Below the pieces are notes generated by a model. The model was not told the DNA's origin, made no database searches, and worked only from the letters and a program-made list of their open reading frames with translations. Of a stretch of DNA of 64,000 nt, positions 10,490-21,261 are shown piece by piece. The position numbers were made by a program, and so were the translations under genes. Origin of the DNA: Candidatus Scatovivens sp. (lineage in GTDB: Bacteria > Bacillota > Clostridia > TANB77 > CAG-508). The stretch's first letter is position 1; every line of letters starts with the position of its first letter. The stretch is taken from NCBI GenBank assembly GCA_045646345.1, contig JAZRKN010000014.1:1-64000 (forward strand), in the 5' to 3' direction.

Positions 10490-11098
10490 ATGAGAAGAGA
10501 ACTGAAAGTATTATTAACCCTGGCAGTAGCATTAATGATGGTTTGCATTCTTGGATGCGGAGATGGTATGACCGCAAATGCGGAAAGTGACACGCCGAGC
10601 GATATCGTTGCAGTGATTACTCCTCCGACACAAGAAACAGAAGAACAAGTACAAGGAAATAATATTCAGTGGTGGCAAGGTGAATGGAAGACAGAATATA
10701 TTATAAATAGCGCCGGAAACGAAGTTAAGTTACGCTATTTAGATTCCATTATTTGGCCTGAATCTGAAGAAGAATGCTTGGCAAGATTTTTAAGCTGTGA
10801 AGGTGGCAACTACGAGGAAAAAACTCGTGTTGCTCAGCTAGTTGTGTGGAGAAAGTATGATTCTCATTTTGGCGACACAATCCAAGAGGTACTCAAAACC
10901 AATAGCTATTTTGCAATTTATCCTGAATTCTGGAATGAAAAGGCCGTTGTAACAGAGGAAGATTACGAAATTGCCAAAGAAGCGCTGAATAGCACAGAAA
11001 AACCAGAGTATGTGCATTATATCTTCAAAGAATTTTATGAAGATTTTGGACCAAAAGAAGATGTCTACATGACAGAAAATTTTGTGTTCTTTAACTGA
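10490..11098 (+). CDS. Exported (possible lipoprotein) protein with divergent SleB/Hydrolase_2-like domain
   Basis: Signal peptide ending ILGC; LARFLSCEGG...VAQLVVWR...FGDTIQEVL...F resembles the cell wall hydrolase_2 pattern; own promoter and terminator. Confidence 0.6.
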   Translation: MRRELKVLLTLAVALMMVCILGCGDGMTANAESDTPSDIVAVITPPTQETEEQVQGNNIQWWQGEWKTEYIINSAGNEVKLRYLDSIIWPESEEECLARFLSCEGGNYEEKTRVAQLVVWRKYDSHFGDTIQEVLKTNSYFAIYPEFWNEKAVVTEEDYEIAKEALNSTEKPEYVHYIFKEFYEDFGPKEDVYMTENFVFFN

Positions 11099-11196
11099 TA
11101 TCCTAGAAGCTGAAAAAAGTCCCGTTTCAGCTTCGGGATTTTTATTTATAAATTTAAAAATTAAAAAGCGGTGCTTCTAGCACCGCTTAATGTTTT

Positions 11197-12669
11197 TTAA
11201 AATAAAAATCTAGTACATATTTTAAGTAATATTCCAAAATTAATTAAAATAACTAAACTCCATAAATCATTTTTATTAACTTTTATAGATTTTTTTGAAT
11301 TTATAAAAATTGAAAGTACAGCTATGGGGATAAAATATCTTCCTTGAACTCCAATTACAAGTTTATTTCCAATTCCTTCATTTTCATTGTTTGCAGTCCA
11401 TTGAACATATAAAGATGTATGTATTATAAATATAACTAAAAATATAATTGTAAAAATTAAAAATTTAGACTTTTTTGATAATTTTATTTCACTTTCTTCA
11501 AAGAATAAACTTGCAATTAATGCAATAAAGTAAATAAAAGAGATAGTATTATCTACAGATATAGTATTGTGACATATCGTTGTGTTACCAGTTGTAAATT
11601 GATAAATATAGTATCCAAAGTTCTTTGTAATTGTTCTAATAAATGTTAATAAATAATCAAATGGATGATTGAATATATATTCTTTTTGATTTTCTATTAA
11701 AGGATAATATTCTAATAAATCTGTACCTACAAAGCTTAAATTAAAAATACATGTAAATACTAATATTAGGGTTAATATAAAACAATAAATATTTTTTTGT
11801 GTTATGTTTTTAAAGCATTCTTTTGGTAGTAAAAACATTATTAAGAATATTAAAGCGTAAACAATTTTTGCAAAACAAGATAGAATACCAAGTAATGTTA
11901 TAAGTAAGAATTCACTAAGTTTTATAGGTCTTTTTTCTTCATATAATTTATACCAAATTGCTATAAACAAAAACGCAGTAGCGTTTGTAAGAAGATCTCC
12001 TGTGAATGTTGTTACTATTGTGAGAGATATTGGCATTAAACAAAGAAATGCAATAAAGTCTTTTCTCTTTGGTATTAATTTAATTGTATACATAGAAACT
12101 AAAAGCCAAATAATAAAACTAAATATTCTTCCAGCAATAACTATCCAATAAATATCTGCGTTTAATAATGTTTTAAAAACAAACATAGGTAAAAGATATG
12201 TCAGATATGAAATTGGCGAATATAATTTGGCACCAATGTAATCTTTGGTATACAAGGTTTGGGATTCATCTATTTTTACATTTTTTAATTCTAAAGTGTC
12301 TTGTAAACTACGAACAGAATTTGCATCAATTATTGCTTTTGGAACAGCATCTTCTAAATTACTCTTTAATTCTTCTGGAACAGATATATCACTAAAAAAA
12401 GAATAAACTTTATAAAAATGAGCTCCTTCATCAATTCCATGCAGAATTGGTATTAGAAAAATTAGTATAATTCCTAATAATCCTGCAACTATTCCAAATT
12501 TTTTCTCAGTAGATAATTTTTTATAAGATATTATAAAAATATTAATTCCAAAAATTAAAATAGTAAGTAAGAGCATAAATAAATTGTTTAAGATTAAATC
12601 TGTTTCAAAAGAAAAAAATAAGTATACAAAAAAGTATAATATTATAAGAAATTTATATTCTTTTCTCAT
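11197..12669 (-). CDS. DUF2142-type polytopic membrane protein (GT-C fold glycosyltransferase-like)
   Basis: P..HGIDEGAHF, YSPISY, GRIFS, GVQGRYFIP motifs; many TM segments. Confidence 0.8.
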   Translation of the reverse strand: MRKEYKFLIILYFFVYLFFSFETDLILNNLFMLLLTILIFGINIFIISYKKLSTEKKFGIVAGLLGIILIFLIPILHGIDEGAHFYKVYSFFSDISVPEELKSNLEDAVPKAIIDANSVRSLQDTLELKNVKIDESQTLYTKDYIGAKLYSPISYLTYLLPMFVFKTLLNADIYWIVIAGRIFSFIIWLLVSMYTIKLIPKRKDFIAFLCLMPISLTIVTTFTGDLLTNATAFLFIAIWYKLYEEKRPIKLSEFLLITLLGILSCFAKIVYALIFLIMFLLPKECFKNITQKNIYCFILTLILVFTCIFNLSFVGTDLLEYYPLIENQKEYIFNHPFDYLLTFIRTITKNFGYYIYQFTTGNTTICHNTISVDNTISFIYFIALIASLFFEESEIKLSKKSKFLIFTIIFLVIFIIHTSLYVQWTANNENEGIGNKLVIGVQGRYFIPIAVLSIFINSKKSIKVNKNDLWSLVILINFGILLKICTRFLF

Positions 12670-12914
12670 TTTTTTAATCCTTTCGATTCAATAAAGTGTT
12701 AAAAAGAATATATCATTGATATGAGAAAAATTCAATATAACTTTAAAAGATTTTAGATAATGAAATTGATAATAAAAGAGTGTTAAATTTTGATTAAAAA
12801 TAATGACTTTTAAAATAAAATAATATATAATGTTGACAGCAAATTTTAAAGAATATATAATACAAACAAAAGTTTTATAATTACTTTGAAAATAGTTACA
12901 ATAAGGAGAATTTC

Positions 12915-15242
12915 ATGAATTTATTAGAAGGATTAAATGACAAGCAATATGAAGCAGTTGTAAACACAGAAGGTCCATGCTTAGTTATAGCTGGTGCAGG
13001 AAGTGGAAAAACAAAAGTATTAACACATAAAATTGCTTACTTAATGGGAGAAAAAGGGGTAAAACCTTGGGATATTTTAGCTATAACTTTTACAAATAAA
13101 GCAGCTAATGAAATGAAATCAAGAGTAGAAGGCTTAGTTGGTGATGTAGCTAAAGATATGTGGATTGGAACATTCCACTCAATATGTGTAAGAATATTAA
13201 GAAAACAAATAGATAGAATTGGTTTTGATACATCTTTTATAATATTTGATACATCAGACCAAAAAACATTAATAAAACAAATAATAAAAGGACAAAATTT
13301 AGATGATAAATTATTTTCTGACAGATCAGTTCTTTCTGAAATTAGTAATGCTAAAAACGAAATGCTAGAACCAGATGCCTATAGCGTAAAAGCAAGAGGT
13401 GATTTTAGAAAAGAAAAAATAGCAGAAATATATGAAATTTATCAAAGAAAATTAAAAGAAAATAATGCAATTGATTTTGATGATATAATCAACTTTACAA
13501 TAAAAATATTATTAGATAATCCAGATTTATTAGAATATTATGCAGGAAAATTTAAATATGTTTTAGTAGATGAGTACCAAGATACAAACAAAGCTCAATT
13601 TACTTTAGTAACATTACTTGCATCAAGATATGGAAATATAACAGTTGTTGGAGATAATGACCAAGGAATATATTCATTTAGAGGGGCAGATATTTCAAAT
13701 ATTTTAAATTTTGAAAAAGATTTTCCAGGAACAAGAATTATAAAATTAGAGCAAAATTATAGGTGTACACAAAGTATATTAAATGCAGCAAATGAAGTTA
13801 TAAAAAATAACGAAACAAAATACGAGAAAAAACTTTGGACTGAAAATGAAAGAGGAAAACTTCCAAAAGTATTTAGAGGAGATAATGAATATGATGAAGC
13901 AAACTTTATCGTAAGAAATATTAATACTCTAAAAATGGAAGAATATTATAAATATTCTGATTTTGCTGTTTTATATAGAATGAACTCTCAATCACGTGCA
14001 ATAGAAGATATTTTAAGAAGAGAAAATATACCATACAAAATTGTTGGTGGTTTAAAATTCTATGAAAGAAAAGAAATCAAAGATATTATTGCTTACTTGA
14101 GATTAATACAAAACCCATCTGATAATTTGAGTTTAACAAGAATTATAAATGAACCAAAAAGAGGGGTTGGAAAAACAAGTTTAGATAATATTGATAGTTT
14201 AGCTGCTGACTCTGGAATTTCAATGTATGAAATAATAAGAGATGCGGATAAATATGGTTTAAATAGAGTATTTGCCAATACAAGAGAATTTATTTCTGTA
14301 ATTGAAGAATTAAGAAGTAAAAAAGATGATATGAAAATATCTGATTTAATTAAAGAAACTTTAAATAAATCAGGATACACAAGAGCTTTAGAACTTGAGA
14401 ATACAGTAGAAGCTGAATCAAGAATTGAAAACTTAGACGAATTTTTAACTGTTGCAATCGAATTTGAAGAAGAATCAGCAGATAATTCTTTAAGTGAATT
14501 CTTAGAAGGAATTACATTAAGTTCTGATTTAGATGGAATGGAAGATTCAGAAGAATCAGTAACATTAATGACTTTACATAGTGCTAAAGGACTTGAATTC
14601 CCAGTTGTATTTTTAGTAGGAATGGAAGAAGGAATTTTCCCAGGATATAAATCAATTGGAGAACCTCAAGAGCTTGAAGAAGAAAGAAGACTTTGCTATG
14701 TTGGAATAACAAGAGCAAAAGAAAATTTATTCTTAACATGTGCTCGTCAAAGAACAATTTTTGGTTCTACAAGTTGCAACAGTGTATCTAGATTTGTTAA
14801 AGAAATACCAGCAAATATGCTTGATGGTTATGAAGATATTGAAGAAAGAAACAATAGATATCCAGATAATGATAATGGCTATAATTGGGAATATGGACAA
14901 AAAAGATCATATAATGACTCTTATGGTGGAGGATATTATGGTGGCTCTTCAGTATCTACTTATAGAGATATAGCAGCTGCATCAAAAGGAAAATCAACTA
15001 CTTTCCAATTTAGAAGTGCAGATAGTTTCTTAAATAGTTTAAATACAAATAAAAATAAAAACGATGATTTAGATTTATCATCTTTCAAAGCAGGAGTAAG
15101 AGTTTACCACAAAAAATTTGGTGAAGGAACAATTAATTCTGTTGAAACAGAAGGTGAAGATTTAAAAGTAGATATTAGCTTTGATAAAGCTGGACATAAA
15201 CGACTAATGGCTAAATTTGCAGGACTAGAAATTATAGAGTAA
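12915..15242 (+). CDS. pcrA: ATP-dependent DNA helicase PcrA
   Basis: AGAGSGKT, LVDEYQDTN, VGDNDQGIYSFRGA, TLHSAKGLEF, EERRLCYVGITRA, C-terminal VYHKKFGEG. Confidence 0.96.
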   Translation: MNLLEGLNDKQYEAVVNTEGPCLVIAGAGSGKTKVLTHKIAYLMGEKGVKPWDILAITFTNKAANEMKSRVEGLVGDVAKDMWIGTFHSICVRILRKQIDRIGFDTSFIIFDTSDQKTLIKQIIKGQNLDDKLFSDRSVLSEISNAKNEMLEPDAYSVKARGDFRKEKIAEIYEIYQRKLKENNAIDFDDIINFTIKILLDNPDLLEYYAGKFKYVLVDEYQDTNKAQFTLVTLLASRYGNITVVGDNDQGIYSFRGADISNILNFEKDFPGTRIIKLEQNYRCTQSILNAANEVIKNNETKYEKKLWTENERGKLPKVFRGDNEYDEANFIVRNINTLKMEEYYKYSDFAVLYRMNSQSRAIEDILRRENIPYKIVGGLKFYERKEIKDIIAYLRLIQNPSDNLSLTRIINEPKRGVGKTSLDNIDSLAADSGISMYEIIRDADKYGLNRVFANTREFISVIEELRSKKDDMKISDLIKETLNKSGYTRALELENTVEAESRIENLDEFLTVAIEFEEESADNSLSEFLEGITLSSDLDGMEDSEESVTLMTLHSAKGLEFPVVFLVGMEEGIFPGYKSIGEPQELEEERRLCYVGITRAKENLFLTCARQRTIFGSTSCNSVSRFVKEIPANMLDGYEDIEERNNRYPDNDNGYNWEYGQKRSYNDSYGGGYYGGSSVSTYRDIAAASKGKSTTFQFRSADSFLNSLNTNKNKNDDLDLSSFKAGVRVYHKKFGEGTINSVETEGEDLKVDISFDKAGHKRLMAKFAGLEIIE

Positions 15243-15247
15243 AAGAA

Positions 15248-16990
15248 GTGAAACAAATGGATTATCAAGAGTTAATAACTTCATACAACAAAAAAGGTTT
15301 GGATATAACTGACTTGAAAGAAAAGTTAGAAATAGCTAAGCCTTTAAAAGGACGTCCAAAATTTAGAGCTCTTGATATGATTGCTAAGAGATCAGCATTA
15401 ATAAATGATACAAGCAATGTATTGATAATTTCAGAGATACCAGATAAAGTAGAAGTATTTTTTGAAGATACTGCAACTGTTTTAAGAGAATATTTTGAAG
15501 TATTAATAGATTCTATAAAAAGTGCAAAAGCATGGAAATTTATGAAATTAGTGCCAACAGAATATTCAATAGAAGTGTTTGAAAAATTATCAGATGAAAA
15601 AATGTTTGAAATGCTACTTGTTCTAAATCAAAAGTATTTAGGATTTTTGGAGTATCAAAAAGTTGCAGATATTAGAGATTGTTTAAGAAATGGTAATAAC
15701 GAAGAAACAATTAGAAGACTACAATTTTTAATGAATATGTTTTCGTCGTTTAAAAATGAAGAAATAAAAAATGAATTTTTCTGTTTTGATAAAAAATTCT
15801 TAATGGCATTAATAGATTTTAGAAAAAGTAAAAGTTTAAGATTGGAAGACTTTATAAAATCTAAAAAGAGAAATGTTCAACAAGAATATGATAAGTTTAT
15901 TAATTTCTTTTCAAATGAAGATTTTAGAACAATTTCAGAAGTTTTGGTATTAACAAGTAAAACATTAAAAACTACTGTTGGAGATATTACAGAAGCGTTT
16001 AGTGAATTATCTGAATCAGAAGCTGAAATTAGTTATTTAAAAGATGAATATAAAGAATTCAAAAAATTAGAGAAAAAATTCTTACGAATGAAAGTTGTAA
16101 GAGTACAATGGGAAAAAGAAAAAAGAATAAAAGAAAAATTAGAATTAGTTAGACAAATTGCTGAAGAGAAAAAGAAAAAACAACAAGAGGAAGCACATAG
16201 GCAGAAATTAGAGGAGGAGTTAAAGCAACAAGAAAACGAAATTAGAAAGAAACTTCTTGAAGCTAAATTTAAAGAAAAATTACAACAAGCAAATAAATCT
16301 ATAAAAGAGCAAGTAAATCCAATAATTTTTTCTTGGTTGGAAAAAGAAGATATTACTTTAACAAGAAGATTAGGGAATAAAGTTGTAATAGAAATGTTTG
16401 ATAAAATCAAGAAAATTGAGGAAAAGACTGGAATTAGAGCATCTCTTTATTTGGTAACAAATGCTGAAAAAGAAGTTGCATTAAAGAGATTACATGATTT
16501 TAAAAAGAAAGCTACAACAAATGGACTTCCAGATTTAGTAGAAGGTATTTTAGGTGGCTATAGTACTTTTAAAATAGATAAAACAGGTAAAATTATAAAT
16601 ATTGCTGTAATGTCTGAAGTAAATAGAAAAAAAATAATTAATTTACTAGAAAACACAAAAGGGTCAAATTTATTAAGAGAAAAATTAATATCTGAAACAG
16701 ATTCATATTTAAGATATCAATTAACAGATAGAAATGATAAATCAATAACAAAAGAATATTTGAATTTGTCTATAAAAAATATATTAAAAGATGAAAGAGT
16801 TCGTAGACAACCATTAAAATTCTTACCATATATGGAAGGAAAATGTGCAGGTATAGATGTACTTTTAGAATCACAACTAAAAGGAATTTCACAACTTCCA
16901 GAATATTATAAAAATAAATATAATATAGCTCCTGGAAAAACAATAAATGTAAGGATTGACCAAATAGAAAATTTTATAAATAGTAAATAA
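15248..16990 (+). CDS. Hypothetical protein with central coiled coil
   Basis: 580-aa ORF starting 5 nt after the pcrA stop; K/E-rich middle; terminator at ~16997-17035. Confidence 0.75.
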   Translation: MKQMDYQELITSYNKKGLDITDLKEKLEIAKPLKGRPKFRALDMIAKRSALINDTSNVLIISEIPDKVEVFFEDTATVLREYFEVLIDSIKSAKAWKFMKLVPTEYSIEVFEKLSDEKMFEMLLVLNQKYLGFLEYQKVADIRDCLRNGNNEETIRRLQFLMNMFSSFKNEEIKNEFFCFDKKFLMALIDFRKSKSLRLEDFIKSKKRNVQQEYDKFINFFSNEDFRTISEVLVLTSKTLKTTVGDITEAFSELSESEAEISYLKDEYKEFKKLEKKFLRMKVVRVQWEKEKRIKEKLELVRQIAEEKKKKQQEEAHRQKLEEELKQQENEIRKKLLEAKFKEKLQQANKSIKEQVNPIIFSWLEKEDITLTRRLGNKVVIEMFDKIKKIEEKTGIRASLYLVTNAEKEVALKRLHDFKKKATTNGLPDLVEGILGGYSTFKIDKTGKIINIAVMSEVNRKKIINLLENTKGSNLLREKLISETDSYLRYQLTDRNDKSITKEYLNLSIKNILKDERVRRQPLKFLPYMEGKCAGIDVLLESQLKGISQLPEYYKNKYNIAPGKTINVRIDQIENFINSK

Positions 16991-17042
16991 TAAAACAAAA
17001 ATAAGTATAATGAAGATCATTATACTTATTTTTTTATAAATC

Positions 17043-18515
17043 TTAAATTATATCTTTTAATATTCTAGCCATTTGAACACCGTTAGCAGAAGCCATTATA
17101 AGACCTCTAGTAACACCGCCACCATCACCAATTGAATATAATCCTTTTATACTTGTCTCAAAATTATTATCTATAACAATTTCGTTTGAATAGAATTTTA
17201 TTTCTGCTGCATATAGTAGGTTATCTGGATTAGCAAAACCAGGAACAACTTTATCCATTGTTTGTATAAATTCTAGAATATCAACCATTGTTCTATAACC
17301 AATAGCATAAGTAATATCTCCAGCAACAGCTGTTTTTAATGTTGGTACAACAGAGTTTGCTTTTAAATCTTTATCCCAAGTACGTTTACCATTTAAAATA
17401 TCACCTAGTCTTTGAACTAATACATTTCCCATTCCTAATTGATTTGCATTTTCTCCGATATTAACACCATATTTAATTGGTTCTTCAAATGGATCATTGA
17501 AATGATGAGAAGCTAAAATTGCTAAATTTGTATTTGTGCTTTTTTTATTTTTATAAGAGTGACCATTAACTAAAGTTAAATCATTATCATAGACTTCATT
17601 AGCAACAAAACCACTTGGATTTTGACAGAAAGTTCTAACTTTATCTTTATAAGGTGGTAGATAACCAACAAATTTACCTTCGTAAAGATATTCATTAACA
17701 TCTTTCATTACTGAGTCTGGAAGTTCATATCTAACACCAACATCAACGACACCAGCACGATTTTTTATTGAGTGTTTTGCACACATTTCAGAAAGCCAAT
17801 TTGCACCTTTTCTTCCAATTCCTAACACAACATTTTCAGAATATATTTCCACATCTTTTGAACAATCTGTGGAACCTGAAGGTGAAATTATAACACCACA
17901 AACTTTATTATTTTCTACAATTAAATCTTTAACATTTGTTTCAAACATTATTTCAACGTTATTTGCTAAAATATAATCTTGAATTTTTTTATAAAGTTCA
18001 TGACTTTTTTCTGTTCCTAAATGTCTGATAGGGCAGTTTGCTAAAATAATATCATTTTCTTTAGCTCGATCTGCTATTTCTTGTATTTTATCTAAATTTT
18101 CTAATCCTTCGACATGAGGATCTGCCCCAAATTTTAAGTAGATTTCGTCAGTGTAAAACATTAAATCTTTTGTTTTTTCAACACCAAGATATTTATGAAG
18201 AATACCACCAACTTCAATTGAATCACTATCTTTGTTTGGAAGAGTAAGTTTTCCATCAGAAAAAGCTCCTGCTCCAGAGAATCCACTAGTAATACTACAA
18301 TATGGTTTGCATTTTACACATTTACCTGCTTTTTCAACAGGACAACTTCTTTTATCTACTGCTTTTCCTTGTTCAACTAAAAGGATTTTTTTATCTTTTG
18401 CAATTCCAAGTTCTATAAGTTCATAAGCTGTAAAAACACCACTAGGGCCAGCTCCGACTATAATTAAATCATAATTTTTATTCAATTTAATCACCTCACA
18501 AGGCATATTATACAA
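17043..18515 (-). CDS. NAD(P)/FAD-dependent oxidoreductase (true start probably ~10 codons inside)
   Basis: IIVGAGPSG, GAGAFSDGKL, IRHLGT, RTFCQNP, GDGGGVTRGL. Confidence 0.9.
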   Translation of the reverse strand: MYNMPCEVIKLNKNYDLIIVGAGPSGVFTAYELIELGIAKDKKILLVEQGKAVDKRSCPVEKAGKCVKCKPYCSITSGFSGAGAFSDGKLTLPNKDSDSIEVGGILHKYLGVEKTKDLMFYTDEIYLKFGADPHVEGLENLDKIQEIADRAKENDIILANCPIRHLGTEKSHELYKKIQDYILANNVEIMFETNVKDLIVENNKVCGVIISPSGSTDCSKDVEIYSENVVLGIGRKGANWLSEMCAKHSIKNRAGVVDVGVRYELPDSVMKDVNEYLYEGKFVGYLPPYKDKVRTFCQNPSGFVANEVYDNDLTLVNGHSYKNKKSTNTNLAILASHHFNDPFEEPIKYGVNIGENANQLGMGNVLVQRLGDILNGKRTWDKDLKANSVVPTLKTAVAGDITYAIGYRTMVDILEFIQTMDKVVPGFANPDNLLYAAEIKFYSNEIVIDNNFETSIKGLYSIGDGGGVTRGLIMASANGVQMARILKDII

Positions 18516-18646
18516 TGGAAAAATAATAAATAAAAGAATTGTTTTTTTATGGTGAATAGTATATAATAAATATTAACATATCAAAAAGACGAAAAAAGCC
18601 TATCGAAAGATAGGCTTTTTGTTTTATCATATTCAATTAATTTTTA

Positions 18647-19205
18647 TTAGTCATCAGCTGGTTCTTGTCCGCCTTTTTTCTTGTCATCCCATTCAGCTTT
18701 ATGTTCTTCCCACCATGCAGGGAAATTAGGATCTTTAGGTGAAAGAGTTGGAGTGATTCCAACGTTTTGAAAACCAGAATTTCCATATATGTTAAACGGA
18801 TATATAGTATCCGAACCTACACCTAAATGGAAAAATTGCATTAATATTCCGTTTATTTTCTGTCCAGATATTTCTTGTGTAATTAGTCATTACATTATCA
18901 ACATTGTCTTTTTCTATACTAATTGTATTACTATGTTCGTGAGTTGTGGCTAATTGGCCATATAAATATCTAATGTGTTTTAAGTTTTCTAATAATTTTT
19001 TCTTATCAAATAAAATTGGATTAGAATCTTCTTGATAACCAAATTTTTTTTGTTGTAAAATGCTTTTTATATATTCTGTAGTTGATTCTGTTGCTAAACA
19101 CCTATTAAATATTGCTTGTACATTTCCTTCTGTTAGTTCTATAGGTTGAAAACTATCATTATTATGCTGTTCGTTATATTTTTTTAATTTATCTTTTAAC
19201 CCCAT
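18647..19205 (-). pseudogene. Hypothetical protein gene split by a +1 frameshift near 18849-18851 (pseudogene, recoded gene or sequence error)
   Basis: RBS AAAGGAG and ATG at 19205 give MGLKDKLKK...IWTENK. The +1 frame continues GILMQFFHLG...TPTLSPKDPNFPAWWEEHK and has no RBS of its own. Confidence 0.7.
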
Positions 19206-19365
19206 AATAAAATCTCCTTTATAAAAACTAATTACAGTGTAACACAAATTATGTAAATAATCAAGAAAAATGTTACATAAATGATAATAAAGTGTAATTG
19301 TAATCAAGAAAAACTTAACATACAATGTATATGTAAAAATAGATACAAAGGAAGATGTTTGTATT

Positions 19366-21240
19366 ATGGAACAAGGAAATCCAAATAAAGTAAGTGCTAT
19401 TGTTGATGAAATAGTTAGAAATAATGCTATGTTTAAGTTAAAGTCTCCTATAGAAAGAGATAAAGAAAAATATTCTATGGAGAAAAGCATTAACACAGCG
19501 TTATCAGAACTAAATGAAACAGGAAAAGAACTAGTATTAGAAGAATTAGCTGTGAACCCTGATGAAAAGTTTAAAGGGTTTATTGATAATGCCGGAAACA
19601 TAGATATATCAGGAATATTAAAATTTACTTCAGCCGTTGTAAAAGTAAAAATAGAAGAAGCACAAAGAGAAGGTATAAATTTAAGAAAAGATGGACCAGG
19701 AATTGTAAATGGTACAAATTTTAAACCAGAAGACGTAATTGCAATGGCTGCAATTGGTGAAATGATTTCAAATTATGAAAATTTAACTGATAAGCAAAAA
19801 GCCAGTTTATTTAATGAGAAAATTTATATGGCAATGTCAAATGAAGATAGAAGAAGATTAAACGATAAAGTATATGAAGAAGCTAGTAAAAAAGATTTAT
19901 CGGATAAAGAAAGAAGAAAAGTAGAAAGACTAAGAAGAGAAACATTAATAAATGAAGCATATTTAGATATTATAGAAAAGAATCCAAATCTTTCATTTGA
20001 ACAAATTTCAGCGGAAATTGAAAGAAGACATCCAGAGCTTAGCGAAAAAGAAATAAGAGAGCAATGTAAAAAATATCATAGAGATGATAGAACGTCACAA
20101 GAAAATAGTAATGCTGCGAAGAAATCAACTTATGAAAACACAACGAGCATAACAGCTATTACCGTTAAACATCAATATAATAATTTAGTAAAAAAAGGTT
20201 TGGTCAGAGAAGCGGAAGAGTATATATTAAGTTATAAAGATGAGATACCTGAAATAGATAGATATTATCATAAGATGAAAGAAAGTGGAGCCATTACTAT
20301 TGAGCAAGATACAGGTAATGATTTAGAAACACAAACAGTACAACTTGAAGCAAGAGAAGATAATGTTAGTAATGAAGATAAAAATAATGCATTGGCAGAA
20401 TTTAAAAATGAAGCTCAAACGATTAACAATGCACTGGAAGAGAAAAAAATAGATATACAAAATGAAATTATAGCTCAACTAACAACAATATATGAAAAAG
20501 AAGGGCAGACTATAGAAGATAAAAATATAGCTATATCAATATATGCGGACTTTTTAAAAGAAATTGACGAGGAGGTAATTGCTGATTTTAAAAATAAAAG
20601 TGAAGATGAATTAATTGATTTTATGAAAAAATATTTTGAAGATTTTAAAGATAATATGTCTTCAAATAGCTTTGAAATATTACAAGGATTAGCTCAAAAT
20701 ACTTTCGGAGGAAACTTATATAAATTGTTAACTAACAAACAAATGTTGGAAGAAGTTCTTTTGCCAACATTAAACTCCGAAATGGAAAGATTAGGATCTA
20801 GTCAAGAACTAGAAGTAGTCACAGCACAAGAAAAATCAAAAAATGAAGAAGATGTAACTCCGATAACTGACACAGATGTCGAACAAGGAGTAAGACAAGG
20901 AACACTTAAACAAGAAGATTTAATTGTAGATACAGCAAGTGTTCGTACAGCTCAAAATGAGGAAGAAGGAAGAGTAAATGTTGAAATTCTTAACACAGAA
21001 CAAGCTGAGCAAGGAGTAAATTCAAAACCATTTAAAAATGTAAGTGCTTTTATGGGAATCATAGGAGATGAAAAAGATAATGTGGCAGAAAGTGATTTAG
21101 AAGAAACTCTTGCTGAGTTAGAAACAGCAGCACAAATGATAGAACAAGACCTACAAGTAACTCAAGGAAATATAGGCAATCCACAAACAAATTTAAATCA
21201 AGAACAAACAATTAAAGAAGATGAAGGTATAGAGCAATAA
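19366..21240 (+). CDS. Large acidic/charged hypothetical protein
   Basis: 624-aa ORF, RBS AAGGAAG, host-like codon usage, no recognisable domain. Confidence 0.8.
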   Translation: MEQGNPNKVSAIVDEIVRNNAMFKLKSPIERDKEKYSMEKSINTALSELNETGKELVLEELAVNPDEKFKGFIDNAGNIDISGILKFTSAVVKVKIEEAQREGINLRKDGPGIVNGTNFKPEDVIAMAAIGEMISNYENLTDKQKASLFNEKIYMAMSNEDRRRLNDKVYEEASKKDLSDKERRKVERLRRETLINEAYLDIIEKNPNLSFEQISAEIERRHPELSEKEIREQCKKYHRDDRTSQENSNAAKKSTYENTTSITAITVKHQYNNLVKKGLVREAEEYILSYKDEIPEIDRYYHKMKESGAITIEQDTGNDLETQTVQLEAREDNVSNEDKNNALAEFKNEAQTINNALEEKKIDIQNEIIAQLTTIYEKEGQTIEDKNIAISIYADFLKEIDEEVIADFKNKSEDELIDFMKKYFEDFKDNMSSNSFEILQGLAQNTFGGNLYKLLTNKQMLEEVLLPTLNSEMERLGSSQELEVVTAQEKSKNEEDVTPITDTDVEQGVRQGTLKQEDLIVDTASVRTAQNEEEGRVNVEILNTEQAEQGVNSKPFKNVSAFMGIIGDEKDNVAESDLEETLAELETAAQMIEQDLQVTQGNIGNPQTNLNQEQTIKEDEGIEQ

Positions 21241-21261
21241 TAAAAACAAAAAATCCAACTT

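Noticed and set aside
19206-19601. N-terminal extension of ORF 18792-19601
   Set aside because: It overlaps the divergent gene at 19366 and the intergenic promoter region. The RBS supports ATG 19205.
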